From: Betaproteobacteria bacterium
Lineage (GTDB): Bacteria > Pseudomonadota > Gammaproteobacteria > Burkholderiales > SG8-39
Assembly: GCA_022340285.1 (NCBI GenBank)
Contig: JAJDOG010000095.1
Coordinates: 30,678-94,677, forward strand
Length of the DNA stretch: 64,000 nt
Reading direction: 5' to 3'
The notes beneath the pieces are model-generated. The model ran no database searches. It saw only the letters and a program-made list of their open reading frames with translations, and was not told the DNA's origin. Position 1 is the stretch's first letter. The number at the start of each line of letters is the position of its first letter. Positions 44,303 through 53,085 of the stretch are shown one piece after another. The position numbers and the translations under genes were made by a program.

Positions 44303-47149
44303 ATGGAACTCCCCAAGAGCTTCGACCCCCCTGCCACGGAAGACCGCTGGTACCCGTTCTGGGAGTCGCACGGGTATTTCGCAGGGGGCACGAAGAACGG
44401 TGCGCCGGGTTTCGCGATCCAGCTGCCGCCACCGAACGTCACCGGGACGCTGCACATGGGGCACGCGTTCAACCAGACGATCATGGATGCTCTCACCCGC
44501 TACCACCGGATGCGGGGTTTCAACACCCTGTGGCTGCCCGGCACCGACCACGCGGGGATCGCGACCCAGATCGTCGTCGAGCGCCAGCTCGAGGCCGAAG
44601 GCACGTCGCGTTCGGACGTCGGCCGCGAGCGCTTCATCGAGAAAGTGTGGGCTTGGCGCGCGGAATCCGGTTCGACCATCACCCGTCAGATGCGCCGGCT
44701 CGGAGACTCCTGCGACTGGTCCCGCGAGTACTTCACGATGGACGAGAAGCTCTCGAAGGTGGTCACCGAGACCTTCGTGCGCCTGTTCGAGCTCGGCCTG
44801 ATCTATCGCGGCAAACGGCTGGTCAACTGGGACCCGACGCTGCGCAGCGCGGTATCCGATCTGGAAGTCGAGAGCGTCGAGGAGGAGGGCAAGCTCTGGC
44901 ACATCCGCTACCCGCGTGTCGACGGCAAGGGTGCGGTCGTGGTGGCCACGACGCGTCCCGAGACCATGCTCGGCGACGTCGCGGTGGCGGTGAATCCGCG
45001 CGACGACCGCTATCGCGATCTCGTCGGAAAGCAGGTCGAGCTCCCCCTGACCGGCCGCCGCATTCCCGTCATCGCCGACGAATACGTCGACCCGGAATTC
45101 GGCACCGGATGCGTCAAGATCACTCCGGCACACGATTTCAACGACTGGCAGGTCGGACATCGCCACATGCTTCCGGCGATCAATGTCTTGACGCTGGATG
45201 CGAAGATCAACGAGAACGGGCCGGAAGCATACCGCGGTCTGGACCGCTTCGTGGCGCGCAAGCGCGTGCTCGCCGACCTCGAGGCGCAGGGGCTGCTCGA
45301 TTCGGTGCGGCCGCACAAGATGGTCGTGCCTCGCTGCGGACGAACGAACGAGATCGTCGAGCCGCTTCTCACCGACCAGTGGTTCGTCGCGATGTCGGAA
45401 CCGGCGCCCGAGGGAGCGCTGTTCCCCGGAAAGTCGATCGCTGCGGTTGCGATCGAGGCCGTCGCACGCGGTGACGTATCGTTCGTCCCCGAGAACTGGA
45501 CCGGCGTCTACAACCAATGGCTCGAGAACATCCAGGACTGGTGCATCTCGCGCCAGCTCTGGTGGGGTCATCAGATCCCCGCGTGGCACGGCGAGAACGG
45601 CGAGATCTTCGTGGCGCGCGACGAGGCGGCGGCACGCGCCCAGGCCGGCAGCGCGGGCTATGCGGGCAAGCTGACCCGTGATCCCGACGTGCTCGACACC
45701 TGGTTCTCCTCCGCGCTCGTCTGCCACTCGACGCTCGGCTGGCCCGATCCGAAGGGTGACGACGCCAAGGCCTACGAGATCTATCTCCCTTCGACGGTGC
45801 TCGTGACGGGCTTCGACATCATCTTCTTCTGGGTGGCCCGGATGATCATGATGACGACGTTCTTCACGGGACGGGTCCCTTTCCGAAACGTCTACATCCA
45901 TGGCCTGATTCGCGACGCCGAGGGCAAGAAGATGTCGAAGTCGGAGGGCAACACGCTCGATCCGGTCGACATCATCGACGGCGTCTCGCTCGCGGACCTG
46001 CTGGCAAAGCGCACCACGGGTCTGCGCCGGCCCGAAGACGCGCCGCGCATCGAGAAGAAGACCCGCCGCGAGTTTCCGGAGGGCATTCCCGCATTCGGGT
46101 CCGACGCCCTGCGCTTCACGATGGCGGCCTACGCGACGCTCGGGCGCAACATCAACTTCGATCTCAAGCGTTGCGAGGGCTACCGGAATTTCTGCAACAA
46201 GCTGTGGAACGCGACGCGCTTCGTCCTGATGAATACCGAGGGCAAGGACTGCGGCACGGACGAGTCCCTGCCGGTCGAGCTTTCGTTCGTCGATCGCTGG
46301 ATCGTCAGTACGCTCCAACGTACCGAAGCCGACGTTGCGCGGGGTTTCGCGGAGTACCGGCTGGACAACGTCGCCAATGCGATCTACCGGTTCGTCTGGG
46401 ACGAGTACTGCGACTGGTATGTCGAGCTCGCGAAAGTCCAGTTGCAGGATCCGGACGCCGCGCGTCAGCGCGGCACGCGCCGCACCCTCGTGAGAGTCCT
46501 CGAAGCCACGCTTCGGCTCGCGCATCCGCTCATCCCCTTCATCACCGAAGAGCTCTGGCAGAAGGTCGCGCCACTGGCCGGCAAGGCGGGCGAGAGCGTG
46601 ATGATTGCGCCGTATCCAGTAAGCCAACCTGAGAAGATCGACGAAAAAGCCGAGCTGGAAATGGGGTGGTTAAAGGAAAACATCGACGCCGCAAGGAACC
46701 TTCGCGGAGAACACAATGTCCCTCCCGGCGAGCGCGTGGACATTGATTTTTCTCCTCAAGAGCTCGACGTTATTCCCGAGTTCCTCAACACCAGCAAGGA
46801 ATACGTGCGTTCTCTGGCGCGCGCCAACGAGTTCCGAATAGCGGGATTGGATCAAAATGTTGTTCTGGGGTCGAGTCCGGATCGACATTCGGCTTCGGCC
46901 GTTACGGCTACGGGAACGATTACTCTGCACGCACCGTTCAATGTTGGCGATGAGCGGAAAAGGCTTGAAAAAGAAGCTGCAAGGCTCCAAGGCGAAATCT
47001 CCAAGGCTCGCGCGAAGCTCGCGAACGCGGGCTTCGTCGATCGTGCACCCCCGCATGTAGTAGCGCAGGAGCGGGAGCGCCTGGCAACGTTTGAGGAAAC
47101 GCTCGCCAAGGTCGAAGCGCAGCTCGCCAAGCTAAATCGGACGACGTAA
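44303..47149 (+). CDS. valS: Valine--tRNA ligase
   Basis: [31 protein letters not shown]-terminal coiled-coil arm. Confidence 0.97.
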   Translation: MELPKSFDPPATEDRWYPFWESHGYFAGGTKNGAPGFAIQLPPPNVTGTLHMGHAFNQTIMDALTRYHRMRGFNTLWLPGTDHAGIATQIVVERQLEAEGTSRSDVGRERFIEKVWAWRAESGSTITRQMRRLGDSCDWSREYFTMDEKLSKVVTETFVRLFELGLIYRGKRLVNWDPTLRSAVSDLEVESVEEEGKLWHIRYPRVDGKGAVVVATTRPETMLGDVAVAVNPRDDRYRDLVGKQVELPLTGRRIPVIADEYVDPEFGTGCVKITPAHDFNDWQVGHRHMLPAINVLTLDAKINENGPEAYRGLDRFVARKRVLADLEAQGLLDSVRPHKMVVPRCGRTNEIVEPLLTDQWFVAMSEPAPEGALFPGKSIAAVAIEAVARGDVSFVPENWTGVYNQWLENIQDWCISRQLWWGHQIPAWHGENGEIFVARDEAAARAQAGSAGYAGKLTRDPDVLDTWFSSALVCHSTLGWPDPKGDDAKAYEIYLPSTVLVTGFDIIFFWVARMIMMTTFFTGRVPFRNVYIHGLIRDAEGKKMSKSEGNTLDPVDIIDGVSLADLLAKRTTGLRRPEDAPRIEKKTRREFPEGIPAFGSDALRFTMAAYATLGRNINFDLKRCEGYRNFCNKLWNATRFVLMNTEGKDCGTDESLPVELSFVDRWIVSTLQRTEADVARGFAEYRLDNVANAIYRFVWDEYCDWYVELAKVQLQDPDAARQRGTRRTLVRVLEATLRLAHPLIPFITEELWQKVAPLAGKAGESVMIAPYPVSQPEKIDEKAELEMGWLKENIDAARNLRGEHNVPPGERVDIDFSPQELDVIPEFLNTSKEYVRSLARANEFRIAGLDQNVVLGSSPDRHSASAVTATGTITLHAPFNVGDERKRLEKEAARLQGEISKARAKLANAGFVDRAPPHVVAQERERLATFEETLAKVEAQLAKLNRTT

Positions 47150-47159
47150 CCCCCGTCCC

Positions 47160-48416
47160 ATGAAGCACGCGCTGCGCGCGCTTCGCTCCCGCAACTTCCG
47201 GATCTTCTACGCCGGAATGGCGGTATCGATATTCGGCACCTGGATGCAGACCGTCGGCGCGAGCTGGCTCGTCTACCGCCTGACCGGCTCCGCGTTCCTC
47301 CTCGGCCTGGTCGCCGCCGCGCAGCAGCTGCCGATGCTGTTTCTTGCCCCGGTCGCCGGGGTCCTGGCGGATCGCGTGGACCGCCGGAAGCTGTTGATCG
47401 CCACTCAGGTCCTAACGCTGCTGCAGGCCGCGACACTGACGGCGCTCACCTTTGCGGGCGTGGTCACGGCGACTCACGTCGTGCTCGTGTCGCTCGCCCT
47501 CGGCCTCATCAACGCGGTGGAGACACCCACGCGACAGGCTTTCCTGCTCGAGATGGTGGAATCCAAGGAGGACCTGCCCAATGCGATCGCCCTGCAGTCG
47601 ATGATGTTCAACACCGCCCGGCTCGTGGGTCCGACCGTGGCGGGCTTCATCGTCGCCGGGTTCGGGGAAGCCTGGTGCTTTGCGCTGAACACCTTTTCCT
47701 ATGTCGCGATCCTTGCCGCGTATGCCCGCGTACGCGTCAAGCCTCGCGCGGCCGGACGCGCCCCCGCGCACCTCCTGGTCGAGCTCGCGGACGGGTTCCG
47801 CTGGGTATTCGGCCTGATGCCGGCGCGGCGGCTGATCCTGCTCGTGGCGGCAATATCGTTCTTCAGCGCGCCCTGGCAACCCCTTATGCCGATCGTCGCC
47901 GCGGAGCGCTTCGGAGGCGATTCGCGCACGTTCGGATTTCTCATCGGCGCAGTGGGCGCCGGTGCGCTGTGCGGGACGCTCTTTCTCGCATTTCGCAGCT
48001 CGGTGCGAGGGCTCGGCAGGATGATCGCCGGTGCGAGCCTCACGGCTGGTATCGGCCTCACCCTGTTTGCCGTCGCCCCCCGCCTGTGGATCGCGCTGGC
48101 GATCCTGCCGGTGCTGGGCTTCGGAATCATCGTCGCCGCCGCCTCGACCAACACGATCCTGCAGACGATCGCCGACGAGGACAAGCGCGCGCGTATCATC
48201 AGCATCTACGTGATGATCTTTCTCGGCATGAGCCCGATCGGGAATTTTCTCGCCGGCACGCTCGCGGAGTGGGTGGGAGCCCGCTGGACTCTGGTCACGT
48301 ACGGATTGCTGCTGACGCTCTCGGCCGGGCTGTTCGTACGCGGCTACGCGAGCTGGCGCAGAGCGATGCACCCCGTCTACGTGCGCCACGGCGTGATTCC
48401 CGAGGCGAACCCTTGA
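47160..48416 (+). CDS. MFS transporter (DUF894/H+ antiporter-like)
   Basis: About 12 TMs, GTWMQ, GVLADRVDRRK motif A. Confidence 0.9.
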   Translation: MKHALRALRSRNFRIFYAGMAVSIFGTWMQTVGASWLVYRLTGSAFLLGLVAAAQQLPMLFLAPVAGVLADRVDRRKLLIATQVLTLLQAATLTALTFAGVVTATHVVLVSLALGLINAVETPTRQAFLLEMVESKEDLPNAIALQSMMFNTARLVGPTVAGFIVAGFGEAWCFALNTFSYVAILAAYARVRVKPRAAGRAPAHLLVELADGFRWVFGLMPARRLILLVAAISFFSAPWQPLMPIVAAERFGGDSRTFGFLIGAVGAGALCGTLFLAFRSSVRGLGRMIAGASLTAGIGLTLFAVAPRLWIALAILPVLGFGIIVAAASTNTILQTIADEDKRARIISIYVMIFLGMSPIGNFLAGTLAEWVGARWTLVTYGLLLTLSAGLFVRGYASWRRAMHPVYVRHGVIPEANP

Positions 48417-48449
48417 CACCGCGAACCTGGTCGCGCGTGACACCGCGAA

Positions 48450-48842
48450 CTAGGCCGCGCCCCAACCGTATTGCTCGCAGAAGCCCGGCACGCGTCCGAC
48501 GATCTCGGCGCGCTCGAAGAATCGGTCTGCGCGTGCGAGGCGCGCCGCGTCCCGCAGTTCCGAAGCCCCGCCGAAGCAGAAAACGGGCAGGTTGAGCATC
48601 AGATCGACCCGCAGCTCGCGCAGAACCTCCAGCGGGTCGAATGCCTCCGCTTCGTCGAGGTCGAGAAGCATGAAGCGGTGCTGGAGGATTTCCTCGAAGC
48701 CTCCGATCGCATCCAGCTCCAGGACCGTGTTCAGCTCCCACTTTTCCGGCAGCGCGGCACGCAGATCACCTGCGAGCCGCGCATCACGGCTCATCAGGAT
48801 GAGCCGGCGCCGCATCCGGGACGCGATCGTCGGACTTGCCAT
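48450..48842 (-). CDS. Hypothetical protein, degenerate receiver (CheY-like) fold
   Basis: LILMSRD / FMLLDLD / PVFCFGG / ADRFF pattern follows receiver beta strands; last gene of the minus-strand cluster. Confidence 0.55.
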   Translation of the reverse strand: MASPTIASRMRRRLILMSRDARLAGDLRAALPEKWELNTVLELDAIGGFEEILQHRFMLLDLDEAEAFDPLEVLRELRVDLMLNLPVFCFGGASELRDAARLARADRFFERAEIVGRVPGFCEQYGWGAA

Positions 48843-48892
48843 GTCGTCGTCTCACCGGGTGGCCGGCCAGGTCGCCGCGCGGGGGCCCCGTT

Positions 48893-49555
48893 TCAGTAAG
48901 GTGTGTAGTCGGCGCCGAACGGCGGCTCCCGCCCGACGAGCCATTCGAGCATGACGAGCTCGGCGTCCGCGTGGTTCTGCATCGTTGCCGTGGCGATCAT
49001 GGTCTCGCCGGTCGCGTAGACGTAGCGCGGCTCGTCGTGATGCGTCGTCTCGACCGTCTCGCGATAGGCGGGATTCGCGTTCGCCTCGATGTCCGAAACG
49101 CCGTAGCACGTGCAGACGTAACTGCGCGTGGGCTCGCTCTCGACGTAGAGCCCAGTGCCGCGGATTCCGATCGTCGCGGTGCTGGTGACTACGCGCTTCG
49201 GCCGGCCGCGCTCGAACACCGAGAGCACTGCGCCCGTGATCACGCGGAATCCCGTCAGGATGATCGCGCCCGCCGACCCACCCAGTTCCAGTCGCGTGTT
49301 CTCCCGCACCAGGAAGGCGTCCTTGTTCGCCACGAACACGAGCTCCGCACCCTGCCCCGTCACGATCACGTCGCCTGCCTTGAGAGGCATCTTCTCCGTC
49401 GCGGTGCGTCCGTTGACGAGCACCGTTCCCTTGATTCGATAGACGCCCGACTCGACCGCGCCAAGCGCGAGCGCTTCCTGAACCACCCTTAGCGGCGATG
49501 CGGCTGCCGCAGCCGCGGCAATCAGTGTTCCCTTCAGCACATCTCGGCGTCTCAT
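48893..49555 (-). CDS. Tat-signal FecR-domain protein
   Basis: MRRRDVLKG twin-arginine signal; GDVIVTG, TATIGIRGT FecR-like motifs; CTCYG and HH. Confidence 0.75.
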   Translation of the reverse strand: MRRRDVLKGTLIAAAAAAASPLRVVQEALALGAVESGVYRIKGTVLVNGRTATEKMPLKAGDVIVTGQGAELVFVANKDAFLVRENTRLELGGSAGAIILTGFRVITGAVLSVFERGRPKRVVTSTATIGIRGTGLYVESEPTRSYVCTCYGVSDIEANANPAYRETVETTHHDEPRYVYATGETMIATATMQNHADAELVMLEWLVGREPPFGADYTPY

Positions 49556-50397
49556 GCGACTCGATGCCTCCCTTGTAGACCCTCGGCACGTTCGCGGCGC
49601 ACCAGAGCTGGTGACCCATTCACCGTCGCGAGCGCGAGCGCGGCATTCAGCTTGATTCCGTCTGGGACACGCCGGGTGCCGGCATCGATCGGCTCCGAGA
49701 GCTCCGTCCGCCAACTCTCGATCTCGGCAGCTTCCGCGACATCCACCGCGCCTGCTTGCGCATGCCACCCGAGCTCACGTGCCAACGCGCGCTGAAACCT
49801 CGCCCGCACGGTGGCTTCATCCGGAATGGGACCGTGCGCGGCCCAGTCCGTCATCGCCAAGGCGAGCGCCTCGAGAAGCCGCGTTCGGAACGTTTCCGTG
49901 GCCGCCGCAATCGCGCACGCGAATCGCTCGCGCGGAAAATGCAAGAGGAAGCTCGACGCGACCACCGCCGAGCGTCCGATCGTCGCCGCCCCGCTCCCGG
50001 CAATCTTGCGACCGGCAAGCCACAGATCCTCCGCGTCGCGCTCGACCGCCAGCCCGAAGTCGCGGTAGGTCGCGATCGCCGGGCCGAGCGCCCATTCGTA
50101 CCAGTCCGCATGCCGGGGTGGAACGGACGCGAGTGGCGCGATGAGTGCATAGCTCAGCTGCATGTCGTCCACCCACACGGTGCCGCCGCCGAGCGGCCTC
50201 CGCACGACCGGGACGTCCAGCGCGTCCGCCAGCTCGCACATGCCCTGGCTTTGACCGAGGCAAACGTGCGCAGCGACCCGCCCCCAGACCACTGCCGGCA
50301 GTGGGTCCTCCTGGCGCCCCGCCGCCAAGCCGGCATACGTCGCATGGAACGTGAGCGCATCGGTGCGACCCAGGTCGATCCAGCGCGCCGGGATCAT
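49552..50397 (-). CDS. Second lipoate-protein ligase-like protein (catalytic domain only)
   Basis: VCLGQSQ, VVRRPLGGGTV, DLWLAGRKIAGSG; no recognisable C-terminal accessory domain. Confidence 0.8.
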   Translation of the reverse strand: MIPARWIDLGRTDALTFHATYAGLAAGRQEDPLPAVVWGRVAAHVCLGQSQGMCELADALDVPVVRRPLGGGTVWVDDMQLSYALIAPLASVPPRHADWYEWALGPAIATYRDFGLAVERDAEDLWLAGRKIAGSGAATIGRSAVVASSFLLHFPRERFACAIAAATETFRTRLLEALALAMTDWAAHGPIPDEATVRARFQRALARELGWHAQAGAVDVAEAAEIESWRTELSEPIDAGTRRVPDGIKLNAALALATVNGSPALVRRERAEGLQGRHRVA

Positions 50398-50783
50398 TCC
50401 TTGCCCGGCTCGAAGTACTTCTCGAAATAGAAGTCGCGCCGATTGAGCGCATCGAGCGCACTCGCTCGCTCCTGCACCCCCTGCCGGAGGACCGCCGCGA
50501 GGTGCTCGCCTTGTTCCGCATCCAGGACGTGGATCCGCTGATACAGGTCCTCGTCGACGATCAGAAGCTCTCCCGCAATCCCTTCCGGGCGCTCGAGATG
50601 CAGCAGCCAGGCGCGATTGTCGGGATCCTCGGGATCGAGGGGCGAGAGAACGATCCGTCCGAGCCAGGCGAGCCGTGCCGCCTGATTGAACTGGCGGATG
50701 TCGAGCTTCTTGCCCTTCTTGTACTTCGCGAGCTCGTTTCGGAGCGCCCCGACGTCGGTAAGCGAAATGGTCTTTGCGGCCAT
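50394..50783 (-). CDS. Hypothetical soluble protein translationally coupled to the ligase-like gene
   Basis: 129-aa ORF with native codon use; stop overlaps the ATG of 49552-50397. Confidence 0.75.
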   Translation of the reverse strand: MAAKTISLTDVGALRNELAKYKKGKKLDIRQFNQAARLAWLGRIVLSPLDPEDPDNRAWLLHLERPEGIAGELLIVDEDLYQRIHVLDAEQGEHLAAVLRQGVQERASALDALNRRDFYFEKYFEPGKE

Positions 50784-50819
50784 GGCAGCAGTGTCGCCAA
50801 TCCGCTTCCCCCGCGCAAG

Positions 50820-50847
50820 AAAAAGGCCCCGCGACCTGCGGGGCTTT
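50820..50847 (-). terminator. Intrinsic terminator after the FadL-type gene
   Basis: Minus strand AAAGCCCCGC-AGGTC-GCGGGGCC-TTTTT. Confidence 0.75.
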
Positions 50848-50870
50848 CGGCGATACCGGTCAATGCGCGG

Positions 50871-52214
50871 TCAGAACTTCATGCCCCAGGCAATGCCGAG
50901 TCCATCCTGGGACATCGAGATGGTTTCGGTGCCCCCGACGGGGAAATAGGGATTGTTGGCGGGACCGCTCACGCTGTTGTTGAACGCATGGAAGTACATG
51001 CCCGTCAGCTCCGATCCGCCCGCAAGGGTCCAGGTGAAACCGAGCGTCAGGTGGTTCTGGACGACGCCGGGCGCGAGGATGTTGAACGTCACATCCTCAG
51101 GCTTGATCGGGTTCTGGCTGTAGTTGTAGCCAGCACGCACCAGCCATGCGCTGTTGATCCGGTATTCCGCGCCGAGCTTGAACACGCTGACATCCTGCCA
51201 TCCGAACCCGATGCTGTCCGCGCTCGCGCCGAGGCAAGCGGCGCCGGCGCCCGGACCCATCGGACCGGTCGGCATGCAGCCCGGTACCCGGCTCGAGTTG
51301 CCGACCGATTTCACCTGACTGTAGTAGATATGCTCGTAATCCGCGGTCAGAAGCAGCTTGGAGGTTGCCTGCCATGCGGCGCCGAGGCCCCAGTTCATCG
51401 GGATATCGAAACCGCCCTGCTCGGCGAAGAGACCGCTGTAGCTGTCGAACTTGCCCATGGAGATCTTGCTCTGCCACGTCGCGCCCAGGGTCACCGTCGG
51501 CGTGATCTTTCCGGTCCACCCGATCCGCACACCCCAGCCCGTCGAGGAGTCATGGCCGCGATTCGTCACGTTCGCAGGGGCCGACGAGATGGCGGCGAAG
51601 GGCTGCAGTCCGTAGGACTCGAAGCGCTGATAAGCGAAGAGCGGTGCGATGCCCACCGAGTGCTTCGGATGGAATTTCCACGAAAGCGTGGGCGCAACGA
51701 TCAACTGCGAGAGATCGACGCCGAGGTCACCCTGCCCGCAGAGCAGGTTGGCCGAGCGCACACCGGTCGGTGGACCACCCATGCAGACGCCGGGATCGAT
51801 CTGGCCGGCCGGGTACTTGGTATTCATCCCGCCGTTGCCGTAGATGCTCACCCCAAGCGCCAGGTTCGGATTGACGAGGTAATTGAAGCCGACCTCGGGA
51901 ATGAAGAAATTCTGGTCTTCGTTGCCGTTTGCCGACCCGTCGAACAGCCCGGTGCCGCCGGCACTTCCGACGCGGCTCGCCTCGCGGTCCGGGCGAAACC
52001 ATTGGACCCCGATGTCGAACCGGTTGCCCACCCACACCATGTTGCCCGGATTGTTCGCGCCGCCGAACGCATCGTCGGTCATCGCAATGGCGGCGCCACC
52101 GCGGCCCAGGGCCTTCATGCCGTAGCCGTGCGCGAAATAGCCATCGGTCGCGAATGCCACGCCAGGCAACGCAAGCCCCATCACGGCGAGCGCCGCCGCA
52201 AGCCTCTTATTCAT
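50871..52214 (-). CDS. FadL/OmpP1/TodX outer-membrane channel (LipY-like)
   Basis: Signal peptide, ATDGYFAHGYG..A.G.GG, NNPG, GNGGMNT, C-terminal Phe; inside the lipoate cluster. Confidence 0.85.
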   Translation of the reverse strand: MNKRLAAALAVMGLALPGVAFATDGYFAHGYGMKALGRGGAAIAMTDDAFGGANNPGNMVWVGNRFDIGVQWFRPDREASRVGSAGGTGLFDGSANGNEDQNFFIPEVGFNYLVNPNLALGVSIYGNGGMNTKYPAGQIDPGVCMGGPPTGVRSANLLCGQGDLGVDLSQLIVAPTLSWKFHPKHSVGIAPLFAYQRFESYGLQPFAAISSAPANVTNRGHDSSTGWGVRIGWTGKITPTVTLGATWQSKISMGKFDSYSGLFAEQGGFDIPMNWGLGAAWQATSKLLLTADYEHIYYSQVKSVGNSSRVPGCMPTGPMGPGAGAACLGASADSIGFGWQDVSVFKLGAEYRINSAWLVRAGYNYSQNPIKPEDVTFNILAPGVVQNHLTLGFTWTLAGGSELTGMYFHAFNNSVSGPANNPYFPVGGTETISMSQDGLGIAWGMKF

Positions 52215-52316
52215 ACCTGCCTCCCTCTTTGCCAATCAGCGGGTCAAATGGCTAACGATGCTCGGTCTCCGGGCGGAACCGCTCCCGCGTCTTGTTCCCG
52301 ACGCTTGGAACCCATC

Positions 52317-52931
52317 TCAAATGAACAGGCTGACGTCGGCCTTCTGCGCCATGGGCAGGAAGGTCGCCGCGCCACAGTACTCCTTGCACTCGGGAATGAA
52401 GTCGTCGTGCGTGAAGCCAAACAGGTCGACCGTCATCTGGCAGCCGATCAGGTTCACCCCCGCCTCGAGCGACAGTGCGCGTAGCTCGGCAATGTTGGCG
52501 ACGCCGTTGTTCTTGATCGTCTTCTGCATGAGCGACGTGGCGATGTTCTCGAATCCCGGAATGATCGCTTGCACGGCGTTGGGAATGTTCCAGTTGATCT
52601 TCTTGAACCAGTCCGGGCCGAACGGCATCCTCATCGGCATGCCAGGGTTCCCCAGGCCGCTCACTTTCAGGTCCGAAATGTCCTTCTTGAGAAGGTTGAG
52701 CCCGTAGAAGGTGAAGAAGACCGACACATCCCAGCCAAGCGCGGCGGCAGTCGAGGAAAGGATGAACGGCGGATAGGCCCAGTCGAGCGTGCCCTTCGTC
52801 GCGATGATGCACATCGACGGCGTCCGGTTCGCCTCCCGTTCGGCAAGCGCCGCCTCGAGCTTCTCCGGAAGAATCTCGTCGAGCCGCTGCTTGATCAGTT
52901 CGTCCAGGTTGACGTCAGGTGTCGCACCCAT
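52317..52931 (-). CDS. dsrE2: DsrE2-type sulfurtransferase
   Basis: IIATKGTLDWAYPPFIL, FFTFYGL, GNPGMP, GCQMTVDLF. Confidence 0.85.
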   Translation of the reverse strand: MGATPDVNLDELIKQRLDEILPEKLEAALAEREANRTPSMCIIATKGTLDWAYPPFILSSTAAALGWDVSVFFTFYGLNLLKKDISDLKVSGLGNPGMPMRMPFGPDWFKKINWNIPNAVQAIIPGFENIATSLMQKTIKNNGVANIAELRALSLEAGVNLIGCQMTVDLFGFTHDDFIPECKEYCGAATFLPMAQKADVSLFI

Positions 52932-53085
52932 GCCTTACCCTCCTTCCTTGCAGCGGGGCATCGCGCCCAGCCTGCTTACCCCGCCATCCATTAGAAGATC
53001 TAAGTTTGCTGATTTAACGCCCGCTTGACCACTGGCTACAACGACGATACGGGACAGAATCTCCTTATACGCCCAGTAATTGAGT

